DNA of 64,000 nucleotides from Vicugna vicugna. Taxonomy: Eukaryota. Shown in pieces: positions 1-12,437 of the stretch (within the stretch, counting starts at the first letter, position 1; the number at the start of each line of letters is the position of its first letter). Made by a program: the position numbers and the translations under genes. The stretch lies in contig MU057416.1 in NCBI GenBank assembly GCA_013265495.1, forward strand, positions 986,545-1,050,544. The letters are read 5' to 3'. The notes under the pieces were generated by a model. It saw only the letters and a list, made by a program, of their open reading frames with translations, searched no databases and was not told the DNA's origin.

Positions 1-975
1 TTCTCAGTAACAGCCCTGAAGAAAAAGAAGAGGGTTTGCCTCCCAGCAAAGAACCAGGAACTATATTTCCAACCATATTTTGCCCAACGAAATTCAACTT
101 TTTGAAATACTGCCTCAATTTATTTTCAGAAAATATTTTCCTTTAAAGTAATGCTCATTGTTCTTTGACACGGGGGGAATTGCAAAGGATGATGGAGTGT
201 CATGATCGTGATGGCTTCTGGTGTGCCCTGATGGGGTTTGATTTACAGACGCTCTCACGGTAGGAAAAATATCTGTCACAGGAGCATCGATCGGTGCTTT
301 GACTGGCGGAGGTTAAGCCACAGAGAGATGCCGTCGGGGGGAAACTCCTCCCTGCTCCCTGCAGAGACTGTGTTTGATGGCTTCCAGCCCAGAGAGCCAC
401 CGCCAGACAGAGACGTGTGAATAAAAACCGAGCGTGGCATTCACTGAGATCCTGTTCCGTGGGGTCTCATCAGACACCCTCCGCGCACCGTGGCTGACCA
501 ACTGAGATGCGTAGCAGGGGCTTTGTCTCCCACCCCTCCTCCTCCTGAATTAGAAGGCTATTAACTCATTGGCAGACCCAGTTGTTCAAAACAATGAAAA
601 GAATTCTGTGTAGACAGTCTCGGTTATTCCAGAGTTTCCAGTTTTGTGAGATGTTTTGTCTTCAGACGTCTTGTTTCACTATCGAGAAGATACTAAAATC
701 TTTTCCTTTGCACATGGATGGGGCCAACAGGGAAAAGGAAGAAGATTCAATTTAGGTAGAAGTCGTTACATCCAGAGACTGCCAAGATGTTGAAGAGAAC
801 TTGGGAATCATTTAGTACACCACCTGATGTTGAAAATGAAGAAAGTAAACACCAGAGTAAGGAGACCTTCCAAAAACACCTGTCTCATTTGTGATAAAAC
901 AGATTGATAATTCTGGAAACCAGCCTCCACAAACAGTATTTTCTTCCAGACCCAAAACAGTATTTAGGAGAAGCC

Positions 976-1696
976 CCCCCACTTTTTTAAACATTTTTTA
1001 TTGAGTTAGAGTCATTTTACAATGTTGTGTCAAATTCCAGTGCAGAGCACAATTTTTCAGTTATACATGAACATATATATATTCATTGTCACATTCTTTT
1101 TTTCGCTGCGAGCTACCACAAGATCTTGCATATATTTCCCTGTGCTATACAGTATAATCTTGTTTATCTATTCTACATTTTGAAATCCCAGTCTGTCCCT
1201 TCCCACCCCTTCCCCCCTGGCAACCACAAGTTTGTATTCTATGTCTATGAGTCTGTTTCTATTTTGTATTTATGTTTTGTTTTGTTTTGTTTTAGATTCC
1301 TCATATAAGTGATCTCATATGGTATTTTTCTTTCTCTTTCTGGCTTACTTCACTTAGAATGACATTCTCCAGGAGCATCCATGTTGCTGCAAATGGCGTT
1401 ATGTTGTCGTTTTATGGCTGAATAGTATTCCATTGCATAAATATACCACAGCTTCTTCATCCAGTCAGCTGTTGATGGACATTTAGGCTGTTTCCATGTC
1501 TTGGCTGTTGTAAATAGTGCTTCTATGAACACTGGGGTGAAGGTGTCATCCTGAAGTAGGGTTCCTTCTGGATATATGCCCAGGAGCGGGATTCCTGGGT
1601 CATATGGTAAGTCTATTCCTAGTCTTTTGAGGAACCTCCATACTTTTTTCCACAGTGGCTGTACCAAACTGCATTCCTACCAGCAGTGCAGGAGGG
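976..1696 (-). mobile_element. 5'-truncated young LINE-1 (ORF2 C-terminus plus complete 3' UTR)
   Basis: Minus ORF 1350-1667 ([15 protein letters not shown]...[12 protein letters not shown]...KTWKQPKCPS...WYIYAMEYYSAIK) is the L1 ORF2 C-terminus, followed by a 3' UTR with AATAAA. 12-bp direct repeat TTAGGAGAAGCC at 964-975 and 1697-1708. Confidence 0.95.
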
Positions 1697-2489
1697 TTAG
1701 GAGAAGCCGTGTTTGATAATCGTTGTTGAAGATTTTTTTTTAATTCAAAATGAGGATTGAAGATCTTATTTTTCTGTCTGTCTGAAGTTACCAGTGGACA
1801 CAATTGTGGCAAATATCAGATAACTTTTCTGGAGTCATGTCAACCAATATTTTCCCTTCTCCTTTTCCTATTTCTCTTCTGAGTGTAGAATTTATATATG
1901 TGAGATAGAATAGTCTGCAAATAATCTCTTTTTAATTTCTTTAATTAATATCAGTGAGAGGAATTTAAAGGGACAAAAGAAGGGAGTGAGGGTCAAGGGA
2001 GTCAGCCCCACCCTAGTGAATGCAGAATATGCAACCCCACACCTTGTTAGCTTCTCCTCTGAGACCAGGAAATTCACCCTGAATACACGGTCTACTCCCT
2101 GCCTTTGCGACCGCCAGGACCACGTGGCATTCCTCAGCCTCCTCCCTCCCTGGGGCTTTTTTGTGGGCCACCTGTGGACAGACAGCTCTTTGAGGTCCTC
2201 GGATACAGACAAAACAAGCAGTTAAGGAGCTGATCTTGCCACCGTTAAACCAACGGCACGGCATCTTCTAGGCACGAAGCAAGCATTTTAATTCCTCCTC
2301 CTCTTCTCCCTGTAGGGACCCAGAATAGAGCTGGAGGAAAAGTTGAAAAGGAAAGCGTGGACCAGCAAACTATATGTGTCATAAGAAATGATCGTCCAGA
2401 TAAGCAGTGGTTTGCCTCGCTTATCTCCCTCAATATGAAGATAACGCCTGCATTCACATCTAACGTTACTCAGAGGTTTTCTCAAAGAT

Positions 2490-2710
2490 GTATTGGATTA
2501 CGCGGTTTCCTTATTGGCCAATCAACACCACAAACGTTGAGTGAGGGGTCCACCCTCCCCGCTCTGCCCTTGGGATTCCATCAAAGAGGCCACCCTGCCG
2601 CTTCCGGCTGGTCCACCCTGATCTGAAACTCATCTGTCACTGACGCCCACCAGCAGCGTTATCCACCCGCTCAAGACACCCGGCCCCTGGTCGCTGCCCG
2701 CGTTCCGGTG
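2490..2710. promoter_or_regulatory. Promoter-like motif cluster (CCAAT x3, GC box, ETS x2, CRE half-site)
   Basis: ATTGG 2492-2496, palindromic ATTGGCCAAT 2513-2522, CCCTCCCCGC near 2552, CTTCCGG 2601-2607, TGACG 2641-2645, GTTCCGG 2702-2708, local CpG retention. Motif evidence only. Confidence 0.35.
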
Positions 2711-3959
2711 GACACTTAAGCTTCTTGAGACACAAAAGTACAAATAGTGTAAAATACATGAATTAACCCTATAATCTTGCTCTCTTTGATCCACATCTCA
2801 AGAACATGCTTATAAAACCATGACACTGTAATACAGAGGTTTTTAAATTTTAGACAAGATAAAAAAAAGCTATTTACTTTCATTTATCTTTTCATTTTTT
2901 CCATCTCTTGAAGGGAACCATTCTGTTTTACTATAAATCTGTTAAAAATTCAAGTGTATTTAAAGTACTTGCCTTTTCTGGTTTAATATTAGGGGAACAA
3001 ACCTAAAACAGTCCTTGAATTTCCACTGTTCTGATTACCTTATCAGTCTCCTTTGTAAAAATGTACTTTTAAATCTAGTTTAAGAAATTTCATTTTCTAA
3101 AATGACTAAGAGCACCTCAACATAAAGACAGATTTTCTAACTCAAAGCTGGATTTTTTCCCCTTGAGTTGAAGAGAAATAGTCTCCATATGGATGTTTAA
3201 TAATTGCCATCTCTTAACCATGAGCTCGGTGAGGCCAGGGGCTGTCTTTTTTCTTTCTATATAGCCTGCACCTGACACATAATTCATTAATACTTTTTCA
3301 TTAAAAATTTTCATTTAAAAATGTATGTATTAATGAAAGGAGAAAATTCCAAATATTCCATGTAAATTTTCTGAATGCGACCTTTTGAGGTTTTTTTCTC
3401 AGTATTTTCATGTTTAGAATGTTTTTAACTTGCAACATAAAGATTTTTTTCCCCCAGAGTCAAGATATTGACTCAGGCATAATCATGGCACTAGAATGCA
3501 GTTTCTTTGGCGTTAATTCCTGGAGGGTTAAGAAATTTCTCTCCCATCCCCATCCAAGAATAGCGCTATTTAAAACTTTCACAAATAGATCCTGCAGATA
3601 AATACAACTTTTAAGATAATATGAGTAGCAAAAAGGCAAACGTTATGTGAAGAATCCAGTTTTTCAATCAATATATTGAAGCTACAGGATGTTTACAGAC
3701 CGCTGTTCACTTCAGGGAGACCTAGGAGAGAATCCATATCTATTGTTCAGGGAAATAGACAAAACACCAGGAGTTTTAGCTGCCGGGCACCAATTAAAGA
3801 ATAATGGGAAAACTTTTATGCAGCTAAAAATCTTCTGGGACTGCTTGCTTTAATGGACAGTAACAGTTTTGAAACACAATCTCTACAGGGTCCGTACGGA
3901 GGTCATTTATCTTTCGAAAGTTTACTTGAGTTGTTATTCGCAGTGTCCGACCGCAACCA

Positions 3960-4075
3960 CTCATGCATTCATTCAATCAGCAAAATATTTTTTTAGCATC
4001 TGCTAGGTGCCGGGTGCAGGATATACAGAAAGAAAGATGACAGGCCCTGGCCTCACGGAGCTTACGGTCGAGAGA
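3960..4075 (-). mobile_element. L2 3' end fragment
   Basis: cattcattcaatcagcaaaatattt...agcatctgctaggtgccggg...ccctggcctcacggagcttacggtc resembles the reverse-complemented L2 3' terminus. Confidence 0.7.
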
Positions 4076-4400
4076 TGACACAGACATGGGAGTCGGTGGT
4101 CTGTGCTTACTGGGTAAGGGTTCCCGTGCGTGCACGTTCAACGCGCAGTCACTCGTGCAGGAAGGCAGGCCCACAGCTTTCCCAGCAGCCTGAGGAGCCC
4201 CGGGCTGTCGGACGCTCCGCTCAGCACGAGCGTCACCACGAAGACGGCGGAGAAGAGACACGAGCACACTGCAGGGCCGCGCGGAGGATGCCCGAGGGCC
4301 ACGGACGTGCGCCTGGCTCGGAGGAGGGGAGACGCATTAAGACGTCACCAAATTCGTCCCTCCCTGTCCAGCAAACGCTCCAAGCCCTCAGTGCCAACTT

Positions 4401-4584
4401 CTGTTTTTATCCAGTTAATATATCACGACCTTTTACCCATTGCTCTAACATGGGACAGATGGCTTCTAATTTTTTTTAAGAGTTTTTTCTCTTCACTGAC
4501 TTGTTGTTGTTGTTGTTCGTGGAGGTGCTGGGGATTGAACCCAGAACCCTGTACGTGCTCAGCATGCGCTCTACCCTCCCCCCG
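4401..4584 (-). mobile_element. tRNA-Ala-derived SINE (Vic-1-like), internally deleted, with about 100 bp unique 3' tail
   Basis: Body ggaggtgctgggattgaacccagaaccctgtacgtgctcagcatgcgctctaccctcccc (4521-4583). TSD CCTCAGTGCCAACTT at 4386-4400 and 4585-4599. Confidence 0.85.
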
Positions 4585-4859
4585 CCTCAGTGCCAACTTA
4601 CAGAAAAGATGTAGTTTCCTTTTTTGCTACTCCCAAGTCCATCATTCTACCATAACTTGGGGTCACATTTACTTTCATAAAGTAATCCCAACAACAACAA
4701 GAAAAGATGTTGCCAAGACGTCCAAATGGGCTTTAAGTACATGCACTCACAGATCTAATATTAGGGGAACAAACTTGGAACACGAGTGGCATTTCCACTG
4801 CTTTAATTTTCTTGTCATTTGCCTCCCTTGTAAGCTTGCTCCCTGTGGAAAGCAGGGTG

Positions 4860-5800
4860 CTTAGAGACGGAGCTCCTCCGGCGGGGAGCGGGCGTCGGGC
4901 CCTTCGGGGAAATGAGGAGTGGTTCATGCGGCTGCAACGCACGGCGGGCGGCGGGCCGGAGGGCAAGGCCGAACCCGGGAAGGGTGTGGGAGCCGGGTCC
5001 CTGCAGGCCTCGATCCCCGCGTGAGCGGTTTTGCCTCCACGCTGCAGACCGCTCCTGGGGAGCCGCGCCTGTCCTGTCTGCGCGTTCAGAAAGCTCGCCC
5101 CTGGGAGCGCTCACCCTGCTCAGCTCACAGCCTCCCTGCGTCCGACTCCCACCCGCACGCAGGCTCGACCCGGCCCCATTCCTGGGGACACGTCTCAACC
5201 CCGGGCAAGGGCAACAGCAAGGCGACAGCCTGGCTGGCCACCCTCCCCAAAGGCCCTTCGGCCAGCGCAGTCCCTCCTCTCCCCTGCGGGGGACACAGTC
5301 CTTTCCTAGTCCCACAGCATTTCTGCCTTCAGGGCGCGGTCTCTTTAGCTTAAATTCCTGCTTTCTTTTTCTGGGTGATGCTGCCTCTCAGATCTGTGAC
5401 TCAGACCCGCCCGCCACGCCCGGTCTCTGCGACGGGCGTCAGAGTGTCACCCGGGGCTCCGCGTGGTCCTCTTCCCCCAGGTCCCAGCCCACCTGTCTTC
5501 CCGACCCTTCTCCAGGGCTCCGGGCTCACCAGCCCCTCTCCGGCTCCGCCTCGCATCTGCCCTCGCTGCCGCATCCATGCCTGGGCCGGAGGGGAAACTC
5601 TCCCCGCAGGCGGCCAGGCTGGGGGCATCCGGCAGCCCCCGCCCTGCTGTGGCTTCCCCCCTCCTCGTTCCACGTCTGCCGGAATCGAGATCTTCCCTTC
5701 GGAGCCCTTTCCTCTCACCGGGATCACATTCTGTCCCCTGGGCTGGCTTCCGGACGCAAGCCTTACGAGGCTGTACCTGAACTAAAGGATCCTGGCACAG
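4860..5800. promoter_or_regulatory. CpG/GC-rich island-like patch
   Basis: High GC with many CpGs (e.g. cggcgggcggcgggccgg). No recognisable exon. Confidence 0.55.
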
Positions 5801-5912
5801 AAAGGTCCCTGCTCACTCCTTTGGGCTTAGTGACGCCCAGGAGCTAATCGCTCTCCCATCCTCGCGGGACTTCATACAGTCTGTGTCTTTCACCCTCAGC
5901 AGCTCGACGTCG

Positions 5913-5945
5913 CAGCCACAGCCACAGCCACAGCCACAGCCACAG
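5913..5945. repeat. (CAGCCA)n hexamer microsatellite
   Basis: About 5.5 perfect units read directly. Confidence 0.95.
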
Positions 5946-7139
5946 TTACATGAGGGGCTACCAGGCTCAGACAGAGAAGTCAACCTGCCAGCAGGAGACG
6001 TGACAAGGCCACTTGAATCCACTGCCCTGTGCCAACAAGTGACACTCGCTGTGTCTCTGGGGCTACGTGACCCCAGCCAGCGGGTGCCCTGGGGCCCTCG
6101 GGACGACAGTCGGCCTGCGCGACCTCCTGAGAGCGCCCAGCGTGGCTGCGGGAGGCCTGGGGCTGGGCTGGACCCCGAAGGAGCAGCAGAACACAGCCGG
6201 GCGAGCATGTCCTGGAGCCCTCCAGCCTCAGTGCATCAAGGGGCCGCACCCCGGAAGACACGGCTTTCCCTGCAGGGCTGGTGTTTATTTATATAATTTT
6301 CCCAGCACTAGTGGCTGAGAGTCTCTGACGTAAAGGACGCGGTCCCTGGGACTCCCGTCCCCACTGTCCCGGGGTGGCCCACCTCCTACAGCTGCCCTCT
6401 AACGAACAAGACCTTTCACTTCCAGGAGTGAGACCACCTCAGATTTCAGACAGACTCTTTTCACACAAACTGCATCCACGAAAACCACCTGAAGCGACTC
6501 CCAGATGTGGCAGACTTTTATTCCTCTAGAAAATTGAGGCGGGGCAGATAGGATTGGGATCTGACGAGGGTTACTCACTGACTCCACTCACAGCCAGTGC
6601 CAGCGGCTTCTGCTTTCTCTCGCTCGAAAGAGCCCAGAGCACTTAGGAGGTGTCGCATTTCCCTGGACGGAGGCCCTGGGCTGACAGGTGAAGCAGCTTT
6701 CTGACGGGATGATAGATCCGGCCACTTGTATTTACAAAATGCAAGTGACCTTTTGAATGTGAAAGGTGGCAGAGTCCTTTAATAGATTTCCCCTCGGCTT
6801 CTAGCAGTTGTAAAACAAGGCACATTTATTCAAGATAAGGGGATAAATGACAATAAAATCGCAGAACATCAATTTGTGCTCAGACAGCAGGTTGTTTTGT
6901 GCAAGTTTCCCTAAGTTGTCACGGAGACTGTGAAGTAGCGTACACACTCAAGACAACACGCTACTTGAATCTCTACGCCTGAACCTTTTAAAACACATGC
7001 ATGACATTGTCACTCATGTCTACTAGACTGTAAAGCAAATTTTCTAAAGCTGTTAACAAATGTTTGAAAAGGAGGAAATGTGTAATATAGGAAAAAATCT
7101 ATTCAGACGATACTTTTCCTAATTAGTAAGTCACGTTGC

Positions 7140-7500
7140 CATTTATTACCCGTCTACTAGATTTGGACGTGATACCAGGTGCTTGACGTGTATTAACACT
7201 AACAGTAATCTTACAATAGGTTTTGTCTTCTTTTTTATAGGTGAGAAAACTTCCCTAGGGTCATAGAACTAGCAGGAAACAGATCAAAATTCGAATCCAA
7301 GTCTGCTTGTTTCTAAAAGCCGTGCCCTCTCTGCCAAGCACCATAGCTGGCATCAGCCTGGGAACCTTACAAGCTGGATTTTCTTCTTCCCTCTGACAAC
7401 TGTGTGATGTTGGCCTGGTTCCTTAACCTCTCTGTTCTCCAGTTTCCTCAACTGTTAAAATAGGAATAACATGAGCACCTGCCAACTAAGACTATTGTGG
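7140..7500. mobile_element. MIR fragments in opposite orientations
   Basis: ataggtgagaaaact...ttcgaatccaagtctg (minus) and ctgtgtgatgttggcctggttccttaacctctctgttctccagtttcctcaactgttaaaatagg (plus) match the MIR core. Confidence 0.7.
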
Positions 7501-8427
7501 AAACAAACTGAGCTGACGCAGGACAAGTGCTGGGAACCACGTCTGGTCCGTAATCAGCGCTCGGGATGGATGGCTGGCAGTGTCCTCGTCACCATCCTCT
7601 CCCGTCTTTGCCGCTCTCTGGAGAAGCTGGCCGAATTCCATGCTTTCAAGACCCGTGTATTCGTGTCGCTTAGATAAGCATCTCCAGAGATGACTTCTGC
7701 CTGTGGCACGGACCTCAACCCACAACTGCCCCCTGGCTTCTCCCCTGGGGACCTCTGAGCCAGAAAAAACGGACAGAGCACGGCTGACTCCCCCTTCAGA
7801 CACGCTCCCAGCTCAGTAAAGACCACACCACCCTCAAGCCAGCAAGTCAAGACCTGCCCCCGATTTCTCCTTCTCCCGCACCCGCAAGCCCCGGCCGTCT
7901 CCGGGACCCGCTGGTGCTGCTCTTGCTGTAAATCCGGACTCCGTCTCCAGCTCAGCACCCCTGCATCCAGCAGCCCAGCTCCCTGCCTCCACTGCACCTT
8001 CCCGTCCTGGGGCCTCCGAAGAGCACCCAGACTGAATCAGGGGAAATTTAAATCAGCTCATGACCCCTCTTCCCCGCTGAGTGGCTTTCACTTCAAACAA
8101 AACCATTTGCATCTCATGTGGCCAAGAATATGAAGTTTAATAAGATGATGTTTGTAAGTACTGTCGGCGCTCCCTGGAAAGGTGCCACATCACCGTTCCA
8201 TTACGAGAAACCTAAGAGATATAAACAGATGCTCACGTCCTGAAGTTACTCTGAAATACTCCACAGAAACCGCGAATTACTGAATTCAGTGATTTATAGT
8301 AGGTTTATTTTTCTGCTCCTGCATGTTTTTCAAAGTCAGTTGTATGGAAAAACTGAATGGGCTATGCAGTGAATAAACAGCATGCATTAAAAATAAGATA
8401 AAAAAATTCCATTTACAGACAGTAATT

Positions 8428-8612
8428 ACGATATACAAAATAGATAAACACAAGGACCTACTGTAAAGCACAGGGAACTATATTCGATACCTTGTAGTCA
8501 CCTGTGGTGAAAAAGAATATAAAAGTGAATATACGTGTGTGTATGTATGACTGAAACATGATGCTGGACACCAGAAATTGACACATTGTAACTGACTGTA
8601 CTTCAATAAAAG
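8428..8612 (+). mobile_element. L1 3' UTR fragment
   Basis: aaaatagataaacacaaggacctactgtaaagcacagggaactatattc...gtaactgactgtacttcaataaa, shared with many other copies in the window. Confidence 0.9.
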
Positions 8613-10190
8613 GAAAAGTACATCTCAAAAAATGTTGTAAAAAGTTAAAAAATAAAATGAAATAAGATAAAATAAAACAAAACAAAATTCTCACCCCGTA
8701 GGACATCTCCTGCCCACCTCTTCCAACACCCTGGCCTGACGACTCTCCATCACTGTTTCCTTCTCCGTAACGTCCGCCATGTGTGCCTCGCTTGCTCATT
8801 GATTACCTGCTCTCGTCTCTCCTCCAGCACACACAGGCCCCCACACACAGCAGAACATACCTCCGTGAGGGTGGAGACCTCTCCTGTCTTACTTATCTGT
8901 GTAACCCCCAGAAAATTACTTGGCATTCAGTGACTATTTACGGGACAAGGAACGAATACATAGATGAAGAAAGGAGACAAACTAACGAATGTTAGTGACA
9001 GGATTTATTACAGCATTGCTCTCGTGATACCGACATTAACTTCAGATAAAGGACTGGCCATCACTGGCGATATTTTTCAGCTCAAAAGTCTCTGCTGTTC
9101 TAGGTGTGCCCGGCGGACACCGGACTCTGAGTCTCGGAGAGAACGCGAGCTCTTTCGCTGCTGTCACCCCAGCCCGCAGGAAAGCTGGCCTTTCAAGGCA
9201 GTTTGCTGTTCAAAACCCCAAGTGACAAAGCTTGCTTCTGTCCCTTGAAGCAAGAACTTAGGAGAAGGTATAGTCACAAAGATAGTGTTACAGAAGGGAC
9301 CACGATGCTCAAAACACGGACTGTATACACAAGAGGACCAGGAAGACGTGACGTCACCTCCCACTGAGGTGGAGTTTGCCCGCCACGCATTCACAAGAGT
9401 ATCGTGCCGCTCTGAGTCCTGGAAGTGGTGGAAGTCTTCAAGAGGAGTCCGGGGAGAGCAGAGCAATCATCCGAAGTCTGGATGGCAGATCCAGGCTAAA
9501 GAGGTTGATACTGACTGCCCCTGAAGAGGAGACACTGCGGGGGTGCCGTCCATCCAGCTGCCTTCTCTTCCACTAACAAGAACAGTGGAATTAAATGAGC
9601 GATGACAGCCAGACGGCACAGGAATATCAGAGTGAGTCAGTCTTTACCTCGGCTTTTTATTCCCTAGGGATAGTTCATTCTCAGAGAGTGCACCCAAACT
9701 GGGGCCACCAAGTGATGGTGGAAAACTTTGCCTGAGCGCCCCGGCCTACAAACCTCCACCCCGTAACTGGGCTCCTTCTCCTCCGTGTTGTAAAATAAAT
9801 GCTTAGATACTTCGTTCAACATGGACTGCAAAAGCCCCTAGTACCTTTCAGCATTACCCCTCTCAACTACATTTGCCTCTGAATCTGTGCTAAAGCAATG
9901 AGGTTCTGTGGGTAGAATTCCAGAAATCAGCCAAGCGGTTGTGAGAATATGTGAGTGGAACTTTAGAAATTTTTCTGGAAGTATTCTGTGAAGGCAGGCA
10001 CTTAGAGCCGGGGCCACGAGGGAGGGAGGAGGGGTGGGGCTGGAGAGGAACCTGCAGGTCTGTAACAGACCAGGTGATTCGTTCCCTCACTAAAGCAAAT
10101 CAGCGACTAAGCATGAATGCTAACCACTGTGTGTTAAACGAACAGTGTGTCAAGGACTGTGCAAAGTGATACAAGAACTAAAATGACAAC

Positions 10191-10332
10191 TGGGAGAGGG
10201 TAGAGCTGAGTGGCAGAGCGTGCACTTAGCGTGCACAAGGTCCTGGTTTCAAACCCCAGTACTTCCACTGGAAAAATAAATACATAAATGAACCTAATTA
10301 CCTCCCCCCAAAAAACAAAAAACAAAACAAAA
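10191..10332 (+). mobile_element. tRNA-Ala-derived SINE (Vic-1-like)
   Basis: A/B-box tRNA-like head (agctgagtggcagagcgtgcacttagc...gtttcaaaccccagt), AT-rich linker, aacctaattacctcccc terminus, A-rich tail. Confidence 0.9.
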
Positions 10333-10346
10333 ACTATATTTTAAAA

Positions 10347-10431
10347 AGGGGAGGAGGGCATAGCTCAGTGGTAGAGTGCATCCTTAGCATGCATGAGGTC
10401 CTGGGTTCAATCCCCAGTGCCTCCATTACAA

Positions 10432-10474
<43 letters not shown>

Positions 10475-10521
10475 ACAAACTGAATTACCTCTCCCCCACT
10501 CCACCCCCCAAATTAAAAAAA
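10347..10521 (+). mobile_element. tRNA-Ala-derived SINE (Vic-1-like) with expanded internal (AAAT)n
   Basis: ggagggcatagctcagtggtagagtgcatccttagcatgcatgaggtcctgggttcaatccccagtgcctcca, closely resembling tRNA-Ala(AGC). (AAAT)~11 at 10430-10475. Tandem with the preceding SINE. Confidence 0.93.
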
Positions 10522-11104
10522 CACCAGACTCTGTTTCCCAGAAGCAAACAGCTGAACAAGAAGGTAAGTCACGTGTTGAGACAGCTTGGCTCCACAGCAG
10601 AGGTTGGAGGGCGTTATTAAAATGAGGGCAGAACTGCAAACACGGGAGAGGAGATGAAATTCCCGTCGGAGACGTTCTAACTCATCAGCAAATCTGCTAA
10701 ATATAGAAATGTGTGTGCAGACGGAGATCGCAGACCCTCAAAGACTTAAACCACGATAAAGTACACACCAAAATTAATTAGAAAAATAATAATACCTTTT
10801 CTCTGGTGATTCAGAAATGACTGAAGAGTTTCATAGAAATTTGGGCCCCCTCTTGTAACTCTTACACATCATTAAACTTTAATAAAATGTTCTGGTTCAT
10901 AAATTTCTAACCACTCATCGGTTAGTTCTGGGACACACAGCCAAGCTGTAGGATGCAGATAACTCTCACTTTTTCTCTTTTTTTATAGGTTTAATGACTT
11001 CAGATACATATACTAGAACTTTGCATGAAATTCCAAGAAATTCCTGACTTTGGAACAGATGGAAAATGCACAAAAAGCAAGGACTGGGTAAAGATTTAAA
11101 AACA

Positions 11105-11259
11105 AATTTTTATTTCTTTTCTGTTTGGGGGGATAAATAGGTTTGTTTATTTAATATTTTATTTTATTATTATTTTTTTTAGCAGAGGTACTGGGGATTG
11201 AACCCAGGACCTCGTGCATGTTAAGCACACGCTCTACCACTGAGCCATACCCTCCCCCT
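11105..11259 (-). mobile_element. tRNA-Ala-derived SINE (Vic-1-like)
   Basis: gaggtactggggattgaacccaggacctcgtgcatgttaagcacacgctctaccactgagccataccctcccc. Confidence 0.92.
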
Positions 11260-11951
11260 TGATTGGGTGAACTTTGAGAAATGGAAAGTTCAGAGACTGG
11301 ACTGTTGTCACTTGGTATCTGTCTATATCAACAAAGGCCTAAAAGCACAAAAGTCCTTCTCGTTGCCTAGGTTCTGTCTATCACAACCGCACACCCCACG
11401 TACGTTTTAGAGAAGAGCGGTGAGTCTCTGTGACGTAGGCAGAGCAGAGGAGACGCCAGCTCTGATCTGAGTGGGAAGTGATCCAGCAAGAGTGCTGGTT
11501 TGGACACGTCCAGTCCTGCTTAGAATCCCTAATGGTTCCTTTGGTGTTCAGGGTAAAATCAAACCCACCCACTTGAAATGTTGCCCAGGGCTGTGTGACC
11601 TCCCGAGCTCCGTACCCTCTCTTGAATACCCAGAGTCTGAGCCCACCTGAAAACGAGCTTCCAGCCCATGCCACCTTTCTCTTTACATCTGTTTAGGACT
11701 ATACCCGCCAGGAAACTACAGGGCCAGGAGGCAAGTTGGGTGGGGGGGCTATGTCAGATCCTGGATCGTGAACTCACAGGGAATAAGAGCGCCCTCAGAG
11801 GGGCAGAGAGCAGGGCGCTGCTGAGAGATGCGTGATTCAGACAGGAAAGCCTTGCGTCCGAGAGGTTCAGAATGCGGGAGAACCAGACAAACAAAATAAA
11901 ATCCACCCGGGAACGTCAGGAAAACCCAGGAAGCCACTAAAAACACATGAT

Positions 11952-12437
11952 ATGTGACAGATGACTGGATAAGGAAGGTGTGGCATGTGCATACACAATG
12001 GAACACTACTCAGCCATGGAAAAGAATGAAATAGCGCCACTTGCAGCAACATGGAGGGACCCGGAGATCATCATTCTCAGTGAAGTGAGCCAGACAGAGA
12101 AAGACAAATGCCACATATGTAGAATCTTTAAAAAATGACACGAACTTATTTACAAAACAGAAACAGACTCAAAGACACAGAACACAAACTTATGTTTACC
12201 AGGGGGTGCGGAGGGATAAATTAGGAGTTCAAGGTTTGCAGATACACGTTGCTATATATAAAACAGATAAACAGCAAGGTCCTACTGCAGAGCACAGGGA
12301 ACTATATTCAATATCTTGTTATGGCCTATAATGAAAAAGAATATGAAAAAATATATATGTGTGTGTATAACTGAATCAGTATGGATATACCAGAAATTAA
12401 CACATTGTAAGCCAACTATACTTCAATAAGAAAAAAT
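11952..12437 (+). mobile_element. 5'-truncated L1 (ORF2 end plus 3' UTR)
   Basis: acagatgactggataaggaagg...tactcagccatgg...cagggaactatattcaatatc...cttcaataa. TSD AAAAACACATGAT at about 11939-11951 and 12438-12450. Confidence 0.92.

Noticed and set aside
2315..2385. Strong acceptor followed by GPRIELEEKLKRKAWTSKLYVS*
   Set aside because: No convincing donor, no partner exons, no homology recognised.
4130..4864. 244-aa ORF
   Set aside because: Runs through a SINE and its (TTG)n tail; no recognisable homology.
4912..5847. 311-aa ORF and overlapping ORFs in the GC-rich patch
   Set aside because: Low-complexity P/R/G/A/S composition, ORFs open in several frames on both strands, no domain; expected from stop-codon depletion at high GC.
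10352..10425. Apparent tRNA-Ala(AGC) gene, and similar copies elsewhere
   Set aside because: Followed by the SINE linker and terminus, has stem mismatches, and occurs about 17 times with divergence. It is a SINE head, not a functional tRNA.
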